Shown here: piece after piece, positions 26,082-39,802 of the stretch
Numbering within the stretch: position 1 is the stretch's first letter
How the letters are laid out: the number at the start of each line of letters is the position of its first letter
NCBI GenBank assembly: GCA_002633005.1
Contig: NMRA01000001.1
Coordinates: 3,579,695-3,643,694 of the forward strand
From: Phoronis australis
Taxonomy: Eukaryota; Animalia; Phoronida
Direction of reading: 5' to 3'
Length of the DNA stretch: 64,000 nucleotides
Notes under the pieces: model-generated
Seen by the model: only the letters and a program-made list of their open reading frames with translations
Told to the model about the DNA's origin: nothing
Databases searched by the model: none
Translations under genes and position numbers: made by a program

Positions 26082-27015
26082 CTGAAAAAAGGCTACATAT
26101 AAATTCCACTTCAGAAGTTCACAGATTACGCAAGGTCCCAAACGCTTGTAGTGTCAGAATAAACGAGTTTTATTTCCACGTTAAGGAAAGAAAATCAGAT
26201 ACTTTTAGTCATTTATATTAATCGCAATATAACACTTCTTTCAGTATTCAAAATACAACACAAATATATACTCAAAATCGGTGATCATACGCCGACGACA
26301 ATGAATTTTTCTATCACGAATCATATTCATTTAATGATCGTTAATATTGAGGATTGCAGCAAGATTTTTAATGCTAACTTTAACTTGATTTGACAAAACA
26401 AGGTATTGAAAAAGCCGTAACGGTAAAAATGGGCTAATCAGGCACATGAAATGAGTTTTCTCCGTTCAGTTGACTTTCAAACTGTCACGTATGACGATCT
26501 TAGTTCCTCTTTTTCTTGAATCAGATTAACCTTGTTTTAGCAAAACTCGGGATGAATGGCAGACATTATCAGGGCCTCGTCTGACACTTAATTCCAAAGC
26601 AAAGCCAAATTGGGCAAATTCCCCATCTAAAACGTCCTTACTACTTGATAGAATAAGTTGTCAAAGCAAAAAATCCCAGACAACTGTCGTCTGACATAAT
26701 CAAAGTAACGACCCACGCGAGTAGAATACACAGTTGGCAAAAATGAAGGAGTCCATGTACTCTAAATGTTCTTTGCTGTTGAAGTAAATCCATTTTTGGA
26801 CCAATCTCAAATTATTGATTTCCAATGAATTCAGTATAAGTTTCTGGACCACTACTGAAATTGAACGACTTGAGGGCTTTCTGTTTCTAACCTCTATATT
26901 GGACTGTAAATTAATTTTAAATCAGCGTACTTATAAATGGGGTCTTCAACGGACGGTGTTTGCAGTGCCATCTATCGAGTTACACGAAAACCACCGAGAG
27001 TTTTAAATCACTTAC

Positions 27016-27374
27016 TGTATATCGAGATCTGGTTTCGTGTTCACGTCTACTGCATATATCGACTCTGCTTGAAATTTCAATGTTCTTGTCTCAATAAATC
27101 GCTCGCCGTCCATTTTATAATACACCTCTTGCAGAATCCCGTCATCCTTCATTTTTTTGCGAAAATTGATGTTGAGTGTAAACTTTGAGGCTGTCTTTTT
27201 TCGTGGACCAAGAAAACTGCCCGTGCGACTTCTTGGAGCTCCAAGATTGGAAAAACTTGATGTCCTGCTCCTTGTTTGCTGCCCGTCAGGCTCTGAATCA
27301 GCCGTACCGTTGGCGACATTTTCCAGCCCCGGGATACTCAACAAGTTCTTCTTGATGTCGACTGTTTCAGTCAT
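27016..27374 (-). CDS. CNRIP1: CNRIP1/CRIP1-like protein, coding exon 1 (total 228 aa)
   Basis: VYYKMDGERFIETRTLKFQAESIYAVDVNTKP vs human [32 protein letters not shown]; donor CA|gtaagt; acceptor ccgttttag 7 nt before the ATG implies an upstream exon (candidate donor gtgagt at ~27496). Confidence 0.92.
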
Positions 27375-30300
27375 GGTGCATCTAAAACGGAATAATGGAA
27401 ACTAAAAACACATTCACTACCGGCACTTTTGGGTAGTGCCGGAATCTCAAGTCAAAATAACTGAAAGCGGCTGCACACGGTCCAAGAAGCACTCACCTAA
27501 CGTTACCTTAACTTGTTGCTGCTCGGGTGAGCTTTCTTTTCTGATAATGGGAATGGGCTTATTTCAAAATCATGAAACCGATTAACTCGAGTCCAGGATT
27601 CATTGCAAATAGTCTTTGCCAATCAACATCGAACGTGGTTACAGGCTTTTCAGGGCATTTAACTGGAACTGGGCACTCATACAAAGTTTAACTTTTATAC
27701 GGATACAGAGGTAATCAAAACACATATTGCATGAATAAACCTTTCCGAAAAGAAGAATTTAATTTCAAGCCAGTCAAATTCAAAACTCGAAGTTTCACGG
27801 AACGTACGTGGGGGTACTGCGTCAAAGTATCGGGCACTAGGAGTATGCAAACTTGCTTACACGTATTTAAGACTAAGGAATTTTCCTAAGCAGCGGCGGA
27901 CTTAGAGGAGACGAAGATGCCGGTAATATGGGGTGACTCGGTTAACATTCGCGTGAAATTTTTTTGAAAACTGGTACATGTACATTTCACAGATGACAGA
28001 AAACTGTAACCCATCCACATTCTATTCGGTTTTGCTGCAAGTTTGGGTGTTGTTTTTGGATAATGTTGACTTCTTAAAGTTACTAACTTACAAAAGATTC
28101 TCCCGTCAAGTCTGCCAGACATTCGCTAAAATCAAGGCCGGTTATTTAACAAACTTTAAAATACTCTGTTCTTTATCGAGTGGAATTTAGCTCTGCCACC
28201 AACGAGTTAAACTACGACCGCGGGGTTGGTTCCGAGCTGAGGTCGCTTTCAGAAAATTTACTTTTCTCGCCGATAATGATCTTTTAACGCCCGTATTACA
28301 CGGGATTGTAGTAATTCATCAACGATAAGTATGTACTAAGCAAAGAGAACCTTTCCCCAGGCTACTAGGAAGTTTTTGCATCGAAATTAATTGCATGTAA
28401 GAGGATTTGAACGCCAGTTTTGCATTGACGTGGAAATGAACAGGAAATCGGCTTTTTCGCGTATTTTTCACTTCGAACTCGTCTCACAAATCGACCTCAA
28501 CAGAATTTTCATAAACGTCATTTTTAAAGTTTTTTCGCCCCGGAGGGCACGCGGTAACATTACACCCCCAAAAACAAGCACATCCAACGTGCCTCTCAGA
28601 AGGTTCGAATTTCCCTACGAAATACTACCTGGACCTTTATTAAAAAATATTCACACTCAATATCTGTATAAGCTTTATGACTTCCGGCCACAGTATTTTT
28701 TCTGGCCCCTTGTTGTTATCAGGAGAATTAGTGATTCGGTCTCCCGGTGGCCAGCGTAGGCCTATGTTGTTTAATGAAATGTCATTCGCTGATCAAAGAA
28801 TGGGTTAAATTTGCTTTTAAGATTCCTTTAAAACCCGTGAAAAAGAGAACTTAGTCTTGTATCCGTTTGTTAATTATGAAGATTGTTTGGGCAAACTTGT
28901 CTTCGGCCAGGGTTGACATTAATCTCTGCACAAACGGGCTCGGATTTCATGCCAGAGTACATTGTAGCCATATTTTTGTAATAAATTGAAAGAAATGAAG
29001 TCGAAGATTGTGCAGTCAGCAAATGCTTGACTTGCAACAAAACTGCAGTTCATCCTCCATACCAATTGTTAGACCACGACACCCATGGCTAATCTCCATC
29101 CGTGAGTCTTGGCTGGCGGACAACTTGCAACGGATTTAGTTTATCTAAGTACCACTTTCCTCACAACAGGAAACACGAAAGATCTTTTTTCGTGACCAAT
29201 ATCTAAAAGGCGCTGGGTAAAGGTTACTGAAAAAATATTGCAGCATCCTCGGTCCAAAAAGCCTGTGTGCATGAATGTAGAGCATAAGGTTGTCAACAAA
29301 TTCGCTCTCCCGCACTAGAAACTTTAGTACTCGGTTGCCAATAGCCCTAAATAGGAACTACGATAAATCTTCTGCGTATTTGTGTCGTTCTTTACTCACT
29401 CACGTTTTCATTTTTCTATCTATTGATTATGAGCCCCTCTTTGATTAATGACGTTTTCTAATAAATAGGTACATCGTCCTTAAATTAGAGCATGAAAAGA
29501 TTATCTACTTATGTTCCATAATAATGTCAACCAAATGTCACACAATATATGTTCAGCGACTCGATATTAATCTAATCAATAGGTCGTCTTAATAAACAAA
29601 GGTCTCCCTTTTGACATCTTTAACAATTAGGAACAGAAAGCGATTCATCAGCATGGAAGCCTTCGTGTTATAAGGGACTCGCACAATTAATTCTTGCGTG
29701 ATCTCGCTCTTCTCGCAAGAGACTTGGGTCTTGAGAGGTCGGCGACGCCACGTTTCCGTAAGTCACATGTGCTGTCACCAACATATTATATTCGACATTT
29801 TTTATTGTCAGCCTAATTCGCACCAGATACAATGTTGTAAAGAGAATATTTGCGAACTATGGTAATGTAAATTTAGTTCATTTTAGACTAATATTCCCGG
29901 AACCAGTTTTATGAAAAGTGACTATTTCCCCATTCACATACTGGGTAAGACGCTAGGGCCTAGCGTTTTCGCTATCGCTTTCTTTAGTAATGACGGTTAC
30001 AAGAGCCACGACTCACTACCTGAAGCACATTCAAAAGAAAACTGATGTCCAAACACGTTCACTTTGTCATTATAAACTGATCAATGTAAGGATAATCAAA
30101 AGCCTCTGACCCATGCGCGTGGGTGTCTTTTGCAGTAAGCGGCGTGGTGAGTGCACTAAAGCCCTGTGCTAGCGAAAACGCAATAGATTTTTATGACTAC
30201 TCAACCGCCAGCAAAGCGTCAACAAAAGTGACAACTGTAGCTGGTTCACGTGCCTGGTGTTCTTTTTTGCTACTAGCGAAAGTGTCAGCGAGATCGCTAG

Positions 30301-30650
30301 CGTTTCAGCCAGTTTGTGAAAGGGGCATTTTGCCTTAGTGTACGGGTAACAATGTCGTGAGAAAAATTGCATTTGAGGCAGCCAGCTAAGCTTGAAGTTC
30401 TGTGTCTGCCCAGAGCCTGAGGGATATGAACACAACGTAATGGTTTTAATTTCGGAGTATTCTACCCGACACTCTGTGTTGCATATGAGGCACCAGAAAC
30501 TTAAAGTTATCCGCCTGCATTATGGCCCTCAAACATTGAAGCTGTTTCGCAAAGTTGAGAAGTCTCTTCTACGGACCAGGCGACTGGATTGTGACATCGA
30601 TTTCATCATCGGTTTTTAATCTTACTGTGGCCAAGAACCGATCTAATTAA

Positions 30651-31526
30651 GGTTACCTCAAACCTTACTCACAAAAATTGTCCATTTTTACAAAAGTACT
30701 GTCAACCAATTTTTTTTTTGCAAATCCGGCTTGTTTGACGGCTACCTGAAATCGCGGCCAATTTCTCAGTTGCTACACAGCAATGCACAACTGCAACAGG
30801 GGGCCACCATTTTGAAGAGTGCAGCTACAGACAAGAAAGTGGCCTTTTGAATTCTCAGCATGTTCACAAATACAAACAAACCAAATTCACTTGGCCTACA
30901 TACAATACCTAACTAAAAAAATGCCCCCAATCCTGGCCTTCCCCTAGATTTTAATATTTTGGGAGTGCAAATTGGCCGCGGCGGCAGTCTAACTGTTCAG
31001 TGCCACCTATAATCAAGTTAATTACGCTCTGCAAATTCAGTTGACATTGCGAGTGAATGTTGAAATAGCTAACATGGTTAAGGCATGTATAGGTTATACT
31101 GAACGAAAACGAAATTTCACCGCATAACTTACCGAAGACTTTGAGATTTTCACTGGTCCCAGTTTAATCGGCTTTTTCTCGGCTTCGGCAAATCGACTTC
31201 ATTTGAACTTAGGAACACGAGATCTCGAAAACGGCTGGGTACATTTCGCAGAAACTTTTCAAACTTCTTATCTATTCATCAATCTCGAAAACGCCGATAG
31301 GATTTTCGACATAAAGGCCTAGTTTTTGCACAACGTATCACAGACGAATACAACTTCTATTTTTAACAAAAATACCTTACGTTTTGCGAGTTTATTTGTC
31401 ATAGAAACCAAACGAAAAGACTAATCGAAAATTCCTAGCAGCGATTTTAAGGTAACTGGTGAAGGGTTATTTCGCTATGAATGCACCTTTTTTAAAAATG
31501 AAATTTTGACTTAAAAAGGAGTTAAC

Positions 31527-31571
<45 letters not shown>

Positions 31572-31707
31572 GTACATAAATAAAAAACACATTTTTACAT
31601 TCCCTTAATTTTTCTCTCAGAAAATATACACTTTTACTAGTTGACAAAGCTTGGTTTTTTGATATACGAGTCAGAATGGAGGCCACTAAATAAGGTTTGA
31701 GTTAACC
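30651..31707. mobile_element. Non-autonomous Kolobok-like element
   Basis: 17-bp TIR ggttacctcaaacctta / taaggtttgagttaacc (1 mismatch), TTAA on both sides; internal 30727-31010 matches 47903-48190; (AAT)n at 31529-31570. Confidence 0.8.
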
Positions 31708-34176
31708 TTAAAATGTCGGCTTTATCGATAAGGGACACTTAAATAGGGAGACATTGTACGTCGCACTGACACTTTTCTCACGACCAGATTCCCAACGAAA
31801 GGGTGCATTTTCTGTTTAAATGCCTTATGAAAGGTTTTAATCTAGGAATTGTGAACTCCAAAAAGGTTTGTTTTGCAACAGAACCCTCCAGAAGAGTTTT
31901 AAACCCTATATTTTTGTTTTTTCTATTTTCAAGTTTGTTGATTCAAATGGAATGCAACTCGAGCATTTTGCAGGAGAGAACCATACAACTTCATAAAAAG
32001 TCAATGAAAACGTCTACTATAGTAAAATTTTTGCGAGCTGCCTATTTGGCCAAAATGGGCTCTTAATGTTTGGAACTTTTTTGCTTACTAAGTGACGCCG
32101 TTTGTCGACATGACTCCTATGCCCAGCGAGTGGAAGTAACCGCGGACTTACTGACCGAGAACTCATACGGACACGCATCACAGCCTACATGCGCACTTGC
32201 ATAGACATGGTGCCGTGCCACATTAGCGGATGAAGACAAATGCAAAGAAAAACGCGTACCTCCAGGCACAAGTCTCCATTAAATAATTATCGTCTGTGAC
32301 AGTTTTTAATTCATAGTAGCCCATGTATGTTGACTCACCGACCTTATCAATAATCACGTGAAAAATGATAGCGATTCTCATTATCCGTTGTAAACTGTGA
32401 TAATAAAGCCAGAAATCTGCATGGTCGTTGGTAAACGGGCATCTTTACAAGTTGCTAAACCCTAGTTGATTATCGTAGATGAGACACAAACCTTGTGGCA
32501 ATACCGTCATTTATTCCCTATCCTAAGAGCTTCAACGATAAGTTTTTCGCCACAGACGTAGCCCCAAACACATTGAACAGAGAGGGAGGGGATGGTCAAA
32601 GACAAATTTGTTGGCGACGGGGGCTGTCTAAATAAGTGACAAAGTGAGTGACATTTTGCAACGAAGGAAGAATGACAAGTGAGTTATGAACCGAGGGGTG
32701 GCGCTCCCGTGGCTACACCAGTACTTGTCGATAAACCTCGGATAAACACGTTTAAATCAGTATTCACGACATTTAATAAAATTGAATACACAAAGTGAAT
32801 TAAGGTTTGTCACGAGTGAGAAATAACAAGACCGCCGGTCCTCTAAATCGGACCGACTCAACCAAAACAGGACTGACGCACCTAAAATGACCGCCCTACC
32901 ACAAAACAGGACCGCCGGACAAAATGTAGTTATCATACTGCGGGTTATGACGTAACCGGTCAGCTGGCTGTGTAAAGGCTATCGCCAACCTAAAGCTTGG
33001 CAGCACTGCGCTGAGCTCCGTTACGTCCCCGAAATTTCCCACAGCCCGGGTAGTTCTGCTCGTCACCTCGTCATGAAACTTACATCAAAACGTAGAGCTC
33101 GCGACCGGTGCAGGCGCGTGCAAAATCTAGGAGTCAACCAACACTGTCTCACCCTGCAGGTTGCAGCCGCTTCAGTGAAAAACAATCTAATGAACTATTG
33201 TTTGTTAGATGAGACATATTGGCTTTGAGAACTTTTATGTATGTCACATAATCACCATTGTAAATCGAAGTTGAACGAACCGATTGTAAGTTCACAAAAT
33301 TCACCCCTATTACTTACAAACGATTTCTTGATTTCATGTGGCGGTTAAATAATAAGCTCGAAGTTGTCAGTGTTAAAGCTGAGCGTAACTATTCTAGGAT
33401 ATTTTCAGCAATACACAGCTGTACCGATAGCGTTGTTTCACACATCGAATTCGACCATAAATCGGGAAAGCTGTCATTTTTATGGTATAGTTCCACTCGA
33501 TCATTCACTCGAGAGCTGACACAAAACAATTAAGTTTGTAATGTAACAGAAATGCACATCACAGAGACGGGAAAATTTCACCACTTTACAACTAAATCAT
33601 TGCATACACCCAATCAAGTAGAGAATTGACACACTTTAAAATATCTCTTGTATGAGGTGTATCTGCTGGTTTTTACGAAGGGTGCGCCCTTGACAATGTT
33701 TCTATGTACGCACACAAACTTGCGTGCATGTCATTAACTTGTTTAGAGTTTCCCATACTTAGCACTTTGTAAACCGTGAAAAGAGACTTGAGCGGTCCCT
33801 TAAAACGTTAGCAAAGAGGGGTATCTTGACAAAAAAATTAACTCCCTAAAATCATCTTTTTGAATTTAAAAAATCCAATGAATTAATACGCTTGCAAAAG
33901 TTTTTCGTTATGAGTTTTCTCGACTTTTTCGAAGTACATGTATGATTAACTTCACGTTTTCAAGTGTTAAGACGATCTATGCAGTAAAAATGAGGCCCCG
34001 TAAAAACACTGTCCTGGCCAATGCCCTCAAATGGTAAATCACGCAACAAATTCAATTTTCTGTGTTGTGTACGTTTGCTGTCTTGATTTTCTCGGTTACC
34101 CCCGGCCCAACGCCTATCCCAATTAAATTGCCACAGTTTAACCCTGACGCTTGCTAATTATAATTTGGGAAGGGTG

Positions 34177-34758
34177 TCTCGCTGGTTCCCTGCGAGTCCG
34201 CTAGGGGGTAGATTACACGCAGGTATCATTTAAATTTCCTCGGGAATTTTTATACACAGGCGTTTCTGATTAGCTGGTCGAATTCTCAACAGGTAGCGCT
34301 TTACGTAAACAAACTGGCACGACTGATGGAGGAAGTGCAAATGTGGACGTAGGGTGTGGTTTGTTGTACAGACAGGTCAGTGCCTAATTCATGTTCAAGA
34401 AATGTGAATCAGAAAGTTGTGCCTTATCGGAGTGCATTTTTCACCGTCGCTGACTATTTTTACGTTGCTGTCCTGTATTCACACAGTATGAATAACACAC
34501 GGGTTAAATCGGTCAGATGTGTGTGCATTGTATGTGCGTTCAAGCACGCGGCTATTAAACATTACTGCAGAAACGAAATAGTTGCTGTCATGCCACTTGC
34601 CTGACAAGGCTAAACATTGTTCACAGTTCGTCATTTTCTTGCTTTGTTGTAAAAGTAACCAATGACTGCCGAGGTTACATCGACCAGTGATAAACCGCAT
34701 GCTACTGAATGATACCTGCGTGTTATCTACCCCTAGCAGACGCAGGGAACCAGCGAGA
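34177..34758. mobile_element. MITE with ~50-bp TIRs
   Basis: tctcgctggttccctgcg..gctagggggtagattacacgcaggtatcatt vs aatgatacctgcgtgttatctacccctagcagacgcagggaaccagcgaga. Confidence 0.82.
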
Positions 34759-37700
34759 GGAGGGAGTTTGCCCCTCCCGCTTTCTGCGGCCCTGGTTTTT
34801 TTCATGAATTATCCTTTATAGGAGTGTACAGTCTGCAGGTTAGTGCGAATAAACACCAACGTGGAGAGTACGCTTGTAAACGTGCTGCTAGACATGAACG
34901 AAAAGCAGGAGTAAATGCATGAGAGTTATTGAGCTTCAGAGGGAGCCATTCTGTGCCCGGAAGGCGAGCCTTCGTTGCTAAGTTACTCCGAGTCATTTTC
35001 ATCACCTACCATGAGCCCGAATAGATCGGAGCCGTAGTCTCTGCTAGGACTGAACTAGTTCAGTTGTGCCATTAACATGTATATAAGTCGCGTACCTGTC
35101 AAAACTCTCTGGGCTGTTACCCTGTCGGGAATGTCCAACTGGTGCAAGCTACGCACTGAAGTAGTTGTCGTTGTGGCGGATTTGCACTGGAGGGTCGCCT
35201 GTAGGCCCCTACACTTTCTTGTCTTCAGTCTCTAAATTTTGGGGAGAGAGTAAGTGTTCAATACACAGACTGGACACAGAGAGAACATTTACAAAAGTCG
35301 ACCCATAACTCCCTTTCTCATAACACTCACAATAAATGACAAACGCACCTGTCTGAACAAACGATGAAAGTGTCTCGTCGCTGAAGTCCGGCAAACTTGC
35401 TCGACCCCTTGTTATCATGCAGGCTACTATCGAAGTGACCCTGATTTGAGTATGTTGATGCCGTAACTCATTACACGTATTTAGGTTATAGTGAGTCACG
35501 ATCTATTCAGACTTATTTATCGACTGGGCAGCGAAGGATGAAGGGTAGACAGTGAACTTACATAACGGCCTAGATAACCTTTTAGTCCTTTGCACAATTT
35601 ACTCGACTACGTTTTGGTGGAGGTGAAAAATAAGGATATCCTGAAATTTAGAGAGTGAACTCGAAAAATTGGGACCTATATGTAGGCACAGCTTCCGTAC
35701 GCGAACAGGTCATACCCTTTGGGTCGGTTCCGTGCCAGATTAGCACACTGACGTAGGAGTCGATTTTAATCCACGCCATTACCACAAGTAACTTCTCTTG
35801 TTTGGAAATGTGCATTTAGCATCGTCTCGCTGAACATATCAATTTCAAGACCCAGGTTTTACCAAAACCCACGTTTTAAAAATTTAATTAGCTAGCCGAG
35901 ACATAAATGACCGACATGACGAGGAGCCTTCCGAGCATACGAGACTCAGAGTAAGTTCATCGGTGCAGGTATCTCAGTCGCAATGACGGCGGGACGTTCA
36001 CAGTGCAGTTATAACGATGGCGAAAATTATCTCAGTAGGGTTACTATGCATTGTATTGTAGGAAATATACACTGCACTTTAGTTTTCGGGGCCACACTTA
36101 CGCACACGTGGCAGTATGTCCGTGCCAAGGCAGTCGATGAGGCTCACAGTGAACACCGACAACCCCATCTTGTCAAAACGTTCCAGGCTTTGGCCAAATC
36201 ATATAAGAAGCAGAATTACCACAGTCGAATATTTCGAAACTCCACTCTGTTAAATAGAGAACTGAAGGATATTGAACTACATAAACAACCTACCTCTCGA
36301 TTAAACCAGTCTATAATGGGATTTATATGATGTAACATCAACACAAGGCTTGTATTGGCAGCGTGCGGGCACTGTTGCTGACCGTACTTCGTTATATAGC
36401 CTTCAAAACAACAAGCTCGGGACTCCGCCGTGTTTTCTATTTGTGAGGCTACAAATCGGCTGCAAAATAACAACACGGTCAAACTGCTCGACCGCTAGGA
36501 ATGAGCGTAACAACGGGCTTAAGTCTGCGGCCATTGTCTGTAGTGTTTTCGTATGTTTAATTTTTCTCGACAGCAATAATAGTGGAATGTTATAATGCAA
36601 CACTCAATCCGGGTGGAACAAAACAAAAACAGGTATCTCGTAAATAGAACGTGTTCTTAGACCTCATTGTATTTTCGAGCCTTAAAACGACCATTGTTTA
36701 CTTTAAGGTTCTACAGGACCTTGTTGACACTATGTATTTAGTACGAAACAACATATTTTAACGCAGTAAAGGTATATACTATATGAAAGTAGAGAACCTG
36801 GAGAATTTGATTTTTACTGAAGGTAATTGGGTCACGTGACCTCGTCATTTTATTACAATTTAGCAAAGAAGTTACATGCATACCAAAACAACTCTATCAA
36901 TAACATGATCCTTATTTCGTCACGTAAATATTCAAAATAAGTTTTCAAAAATCTGCTACAGTGTTCACGAATACCTTTTCGTTTTCGTCTTATCCAACTT
37001 AAAGAATTTTTCATGAAAACTATAGCCATATTTTAATAGCGCCTCAAACTATAGTTTCGTTTTGTTTTAGCCAACGTCTACGTTTTCTCCTAAAAACACG
37101 GGAAAACTTAGTTTTTGATAGCTTCTCATACAAAAGTGGAACATTTTGAAAACAATGCCTAAAAAGGTTTTGCGGAAAACTGTATGAAACATAATATCTG
37201 AAGCCATTTCCGAGATACGATGTTCCGAAGCTAGAAATATGTAGCAATTTTTTAGGGTTTGACCTAGCCTTAAAGAACTTTGGGTGCTTGATATTTTGAG
37301 AAAAGTAGTGGTATTTTGTAACCAATGACCTATTCAGTTGCCTAATGTTACCTAGTAATGCATATACATTTGTTCAACTGAACTCGCAGTGCAAATATGA
37401 AGACAGTTAACTAGCTGCTTGGTGTTAGACACGTAGTTTGACGTTATTTTATTCCAGTTTCATTTGTTTTTGTCACGGGGTAACTCCGAAATGGCGAATT
37501 GAATAAATTAAGTTACGTGTTACCCGACTGTGAATTTCGTACGCACACATTTCACGTATACTTATTTAAGAGCAGTATCCAGGAAAAATTGGAGCCAAAA
37601 CCCAGCAAAATTACTTTGAACACTGTCACTATCCACATCCACAAAAGAATTCGATATTTTTGTTTACTTCCAGTGGTAGATCGTTTTGGCCAATGCAAAA

Positions 37701-37833
37701 TAAAAACAATCCTTACGTCTCGTAACGAGGTGTAATAGTTTACATCAACGTCTACAGTCCGGGTTTGGTACCCTTCCTTCAAAATTCGCACCTTCCCAAG
37801 ACACACGCTGGGTAAGGGCATGCCGAAAGCATT

Positions 37834-37913
37834 AGCCTCAGCGCGGAATCAAACCCTAAACTTTCGAATCATGTCGCAGCCAAACGCTCTCGGACTTCCG
37901 GCTGAGCTAAGTC
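37834..37913 (-). pseudogene. tRNA-like relic or SINE head
   Basis: Minus strand tagctcagccgg (A box) ... gggtttgattcc (degenerate B box); no convincing cloverleaf. Confidence 0.35.
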
Positions 37914-38466
37914 GTAGAGTATTTAACTGGTGAAGTCAACGGCTAATATTTCAACAAATGTGTAGCTGAAAACGGCAAAAAGAGCTATTTAAATTTTTTT
38001 AGTACTCCTTGCCCGTTACACTCGAGAGTTTCGCACGCAGGCACATGTGCCTAAGTCCGGATGTAGGCACTATTTCACACATAGGTGCAGCGTCCTACTG
38101 CGCGGAGAAATAGTACGCAGCATACTTCAGTGCCCCAAAGAATACTAACTAAAGATTAATAAGTTCTCATTACTTTAAAATTAAGCAGTATGACCAACTC
38201 TAATTACTGACGATGTTGGTTTTGGGCCAGATTAGTAACAAAAAATCAGCACAATTCTGGGTAGCACTGTATATTTACAAATATACATGCCCAACGTTTC
38301 GCAATGCTGATAACAATTGTGCTGAATTTTCTATTACCAACACGAATTAGTCGTAGTGGCTTCTTGGAAATTCGAAGTCATGAGAGCCGAGTTTTTTACG
38401 CTTCTCACCGTAACCCGCAGGCAAAAATAAAGACAACCTGGCAGTCCGTCTACTTTTAGTCGTTAA

Positions 38467-39468
38467 AGGAGAATGCCACCCGATTTAATTGGTCTTTTTT
38501 ACCGTCTTTAGATGCAATACATGAGGTAATTTAGTGACCTGTCACCGAGGTCGCGTGATCGCATACTAATTCAGTGTTTGCTGAAAGAAAGCTGTTGTGA
38601 AATAATAACTCGATTTTATATGCTATGGTCACATGTTAGGGGAATCTACTGCACGGTACAACCTTTGCCCTGACGATTCTGTGGAAAGGGAACCTGACTT
38701 CGCGGCCCCCTCGGACAAGTAAGTAGATTTTCAGCTTCGTGGCTAATTCACCTAAATAATTACGTGCAGATTATTTCTTTGGCTTAGTATTATAGTCTTT
38801 TCGTGACTGGATTTTTAGTTTCCAACTTAAGCTGCTTTATGTTCGTGAAGTCCAGCCCCGGCTGGCGCGACGGACCCGATCGGATTCCAAGCCACTACAT
38901 GGCGGGGAGTAACAAGCGTTTTGTGTGTTCAGATCTGAAAAAATTGCAAGTCTAAAAGTACAGCACACAGCTAGGTTCACCCGTCGGTATTTCACGGAAG
39001 AATGATTCGAGTTTATCACAGACCCAAAACTCCTGTGATCGAACATGTTTGGCCTACCGAACACTGTAGGCCACGGTACAGGTAGTATGTTCAAATACCT
39101 ATAAATCTGTATAACAGTGAAATAAAACAACATGTTTACTCAAGAACTCGATGTATTTGTAAGAGGTTTACTTCGAATTTTGATGATTTATTGATGTAAA
39201 ACGATGAATTCAAGCGATAAGTTGACACCAGTAAGCGTGTTTTGAACGACAGAACCGACGGCGTTCGAACCGATTACGCCATTGGTTAGTTTCAACACCT
39301 CCGTCTGCCGTTAGGTGTCAGGTAAAACAACTGAACTTTCTGTTATCGAGCATTTTCACGAAAGACGTCGCTCTAGTCGGTGTTGGCTTACCTAGTAAAT
39401 GGTTATCGAGTCGAATTGCTCGATATAAATTGATACTAAATAGGTTGTTTTTTGGGTGGCATGCTCCT
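38467..39468. mobile_element. Non-autonomous Kolobok-like element (second family)
   Basis: TIR aggagaatgccaccc / gggtggcatgctcct (14/15), TTAA on both sides. Confidence 0.82.
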
Positions 39469-39703
39469 TTAATACTAGTATTCTGCGAGCTGCAAACTGA
39501 AAATTCGTATAAATTTATTACAAAATAAAGCTTAACTAGTTAATACAATGTCACAGAAAATCTTGTCACTTAACCGGCGAGGGTACGCTAGGCGCATAAA
39601 TGACGTCATATAACAAAAAGCCAAACCTCATGACAACAAGATATCACCATTATGCAAATAAATTCATATCTTTGGGACAGATAGCTTTTTGCATACATAA
39701 GGA

Positions 39704-39802
39704 TACTATTGTGATATCCTATCTTGAGTTATTTTCATCTGGGAATGCATCGTTGGAACATTCCCAGATGAAATGAATTCTTGATAGCACATGGCAGTAG
39801 TA
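39704..39802 (+). ncRNA. Long imperfect hairpin, pri-miRNA-like candidate
   Basis: 44-position ungapped stem with 7 mismatches and 3 G-U pairs, perfect 15-bp core tttcatctgggaatg/cattcccagatgaaa, 11-nt loop. Confidence 0.4.

Noticed and set aside
35983-36603. Overlapping short ORFs on both strands (e.g. MAADLSPLL...)
   Set aside because: Possibly a decayed element, but no family motif could be identified
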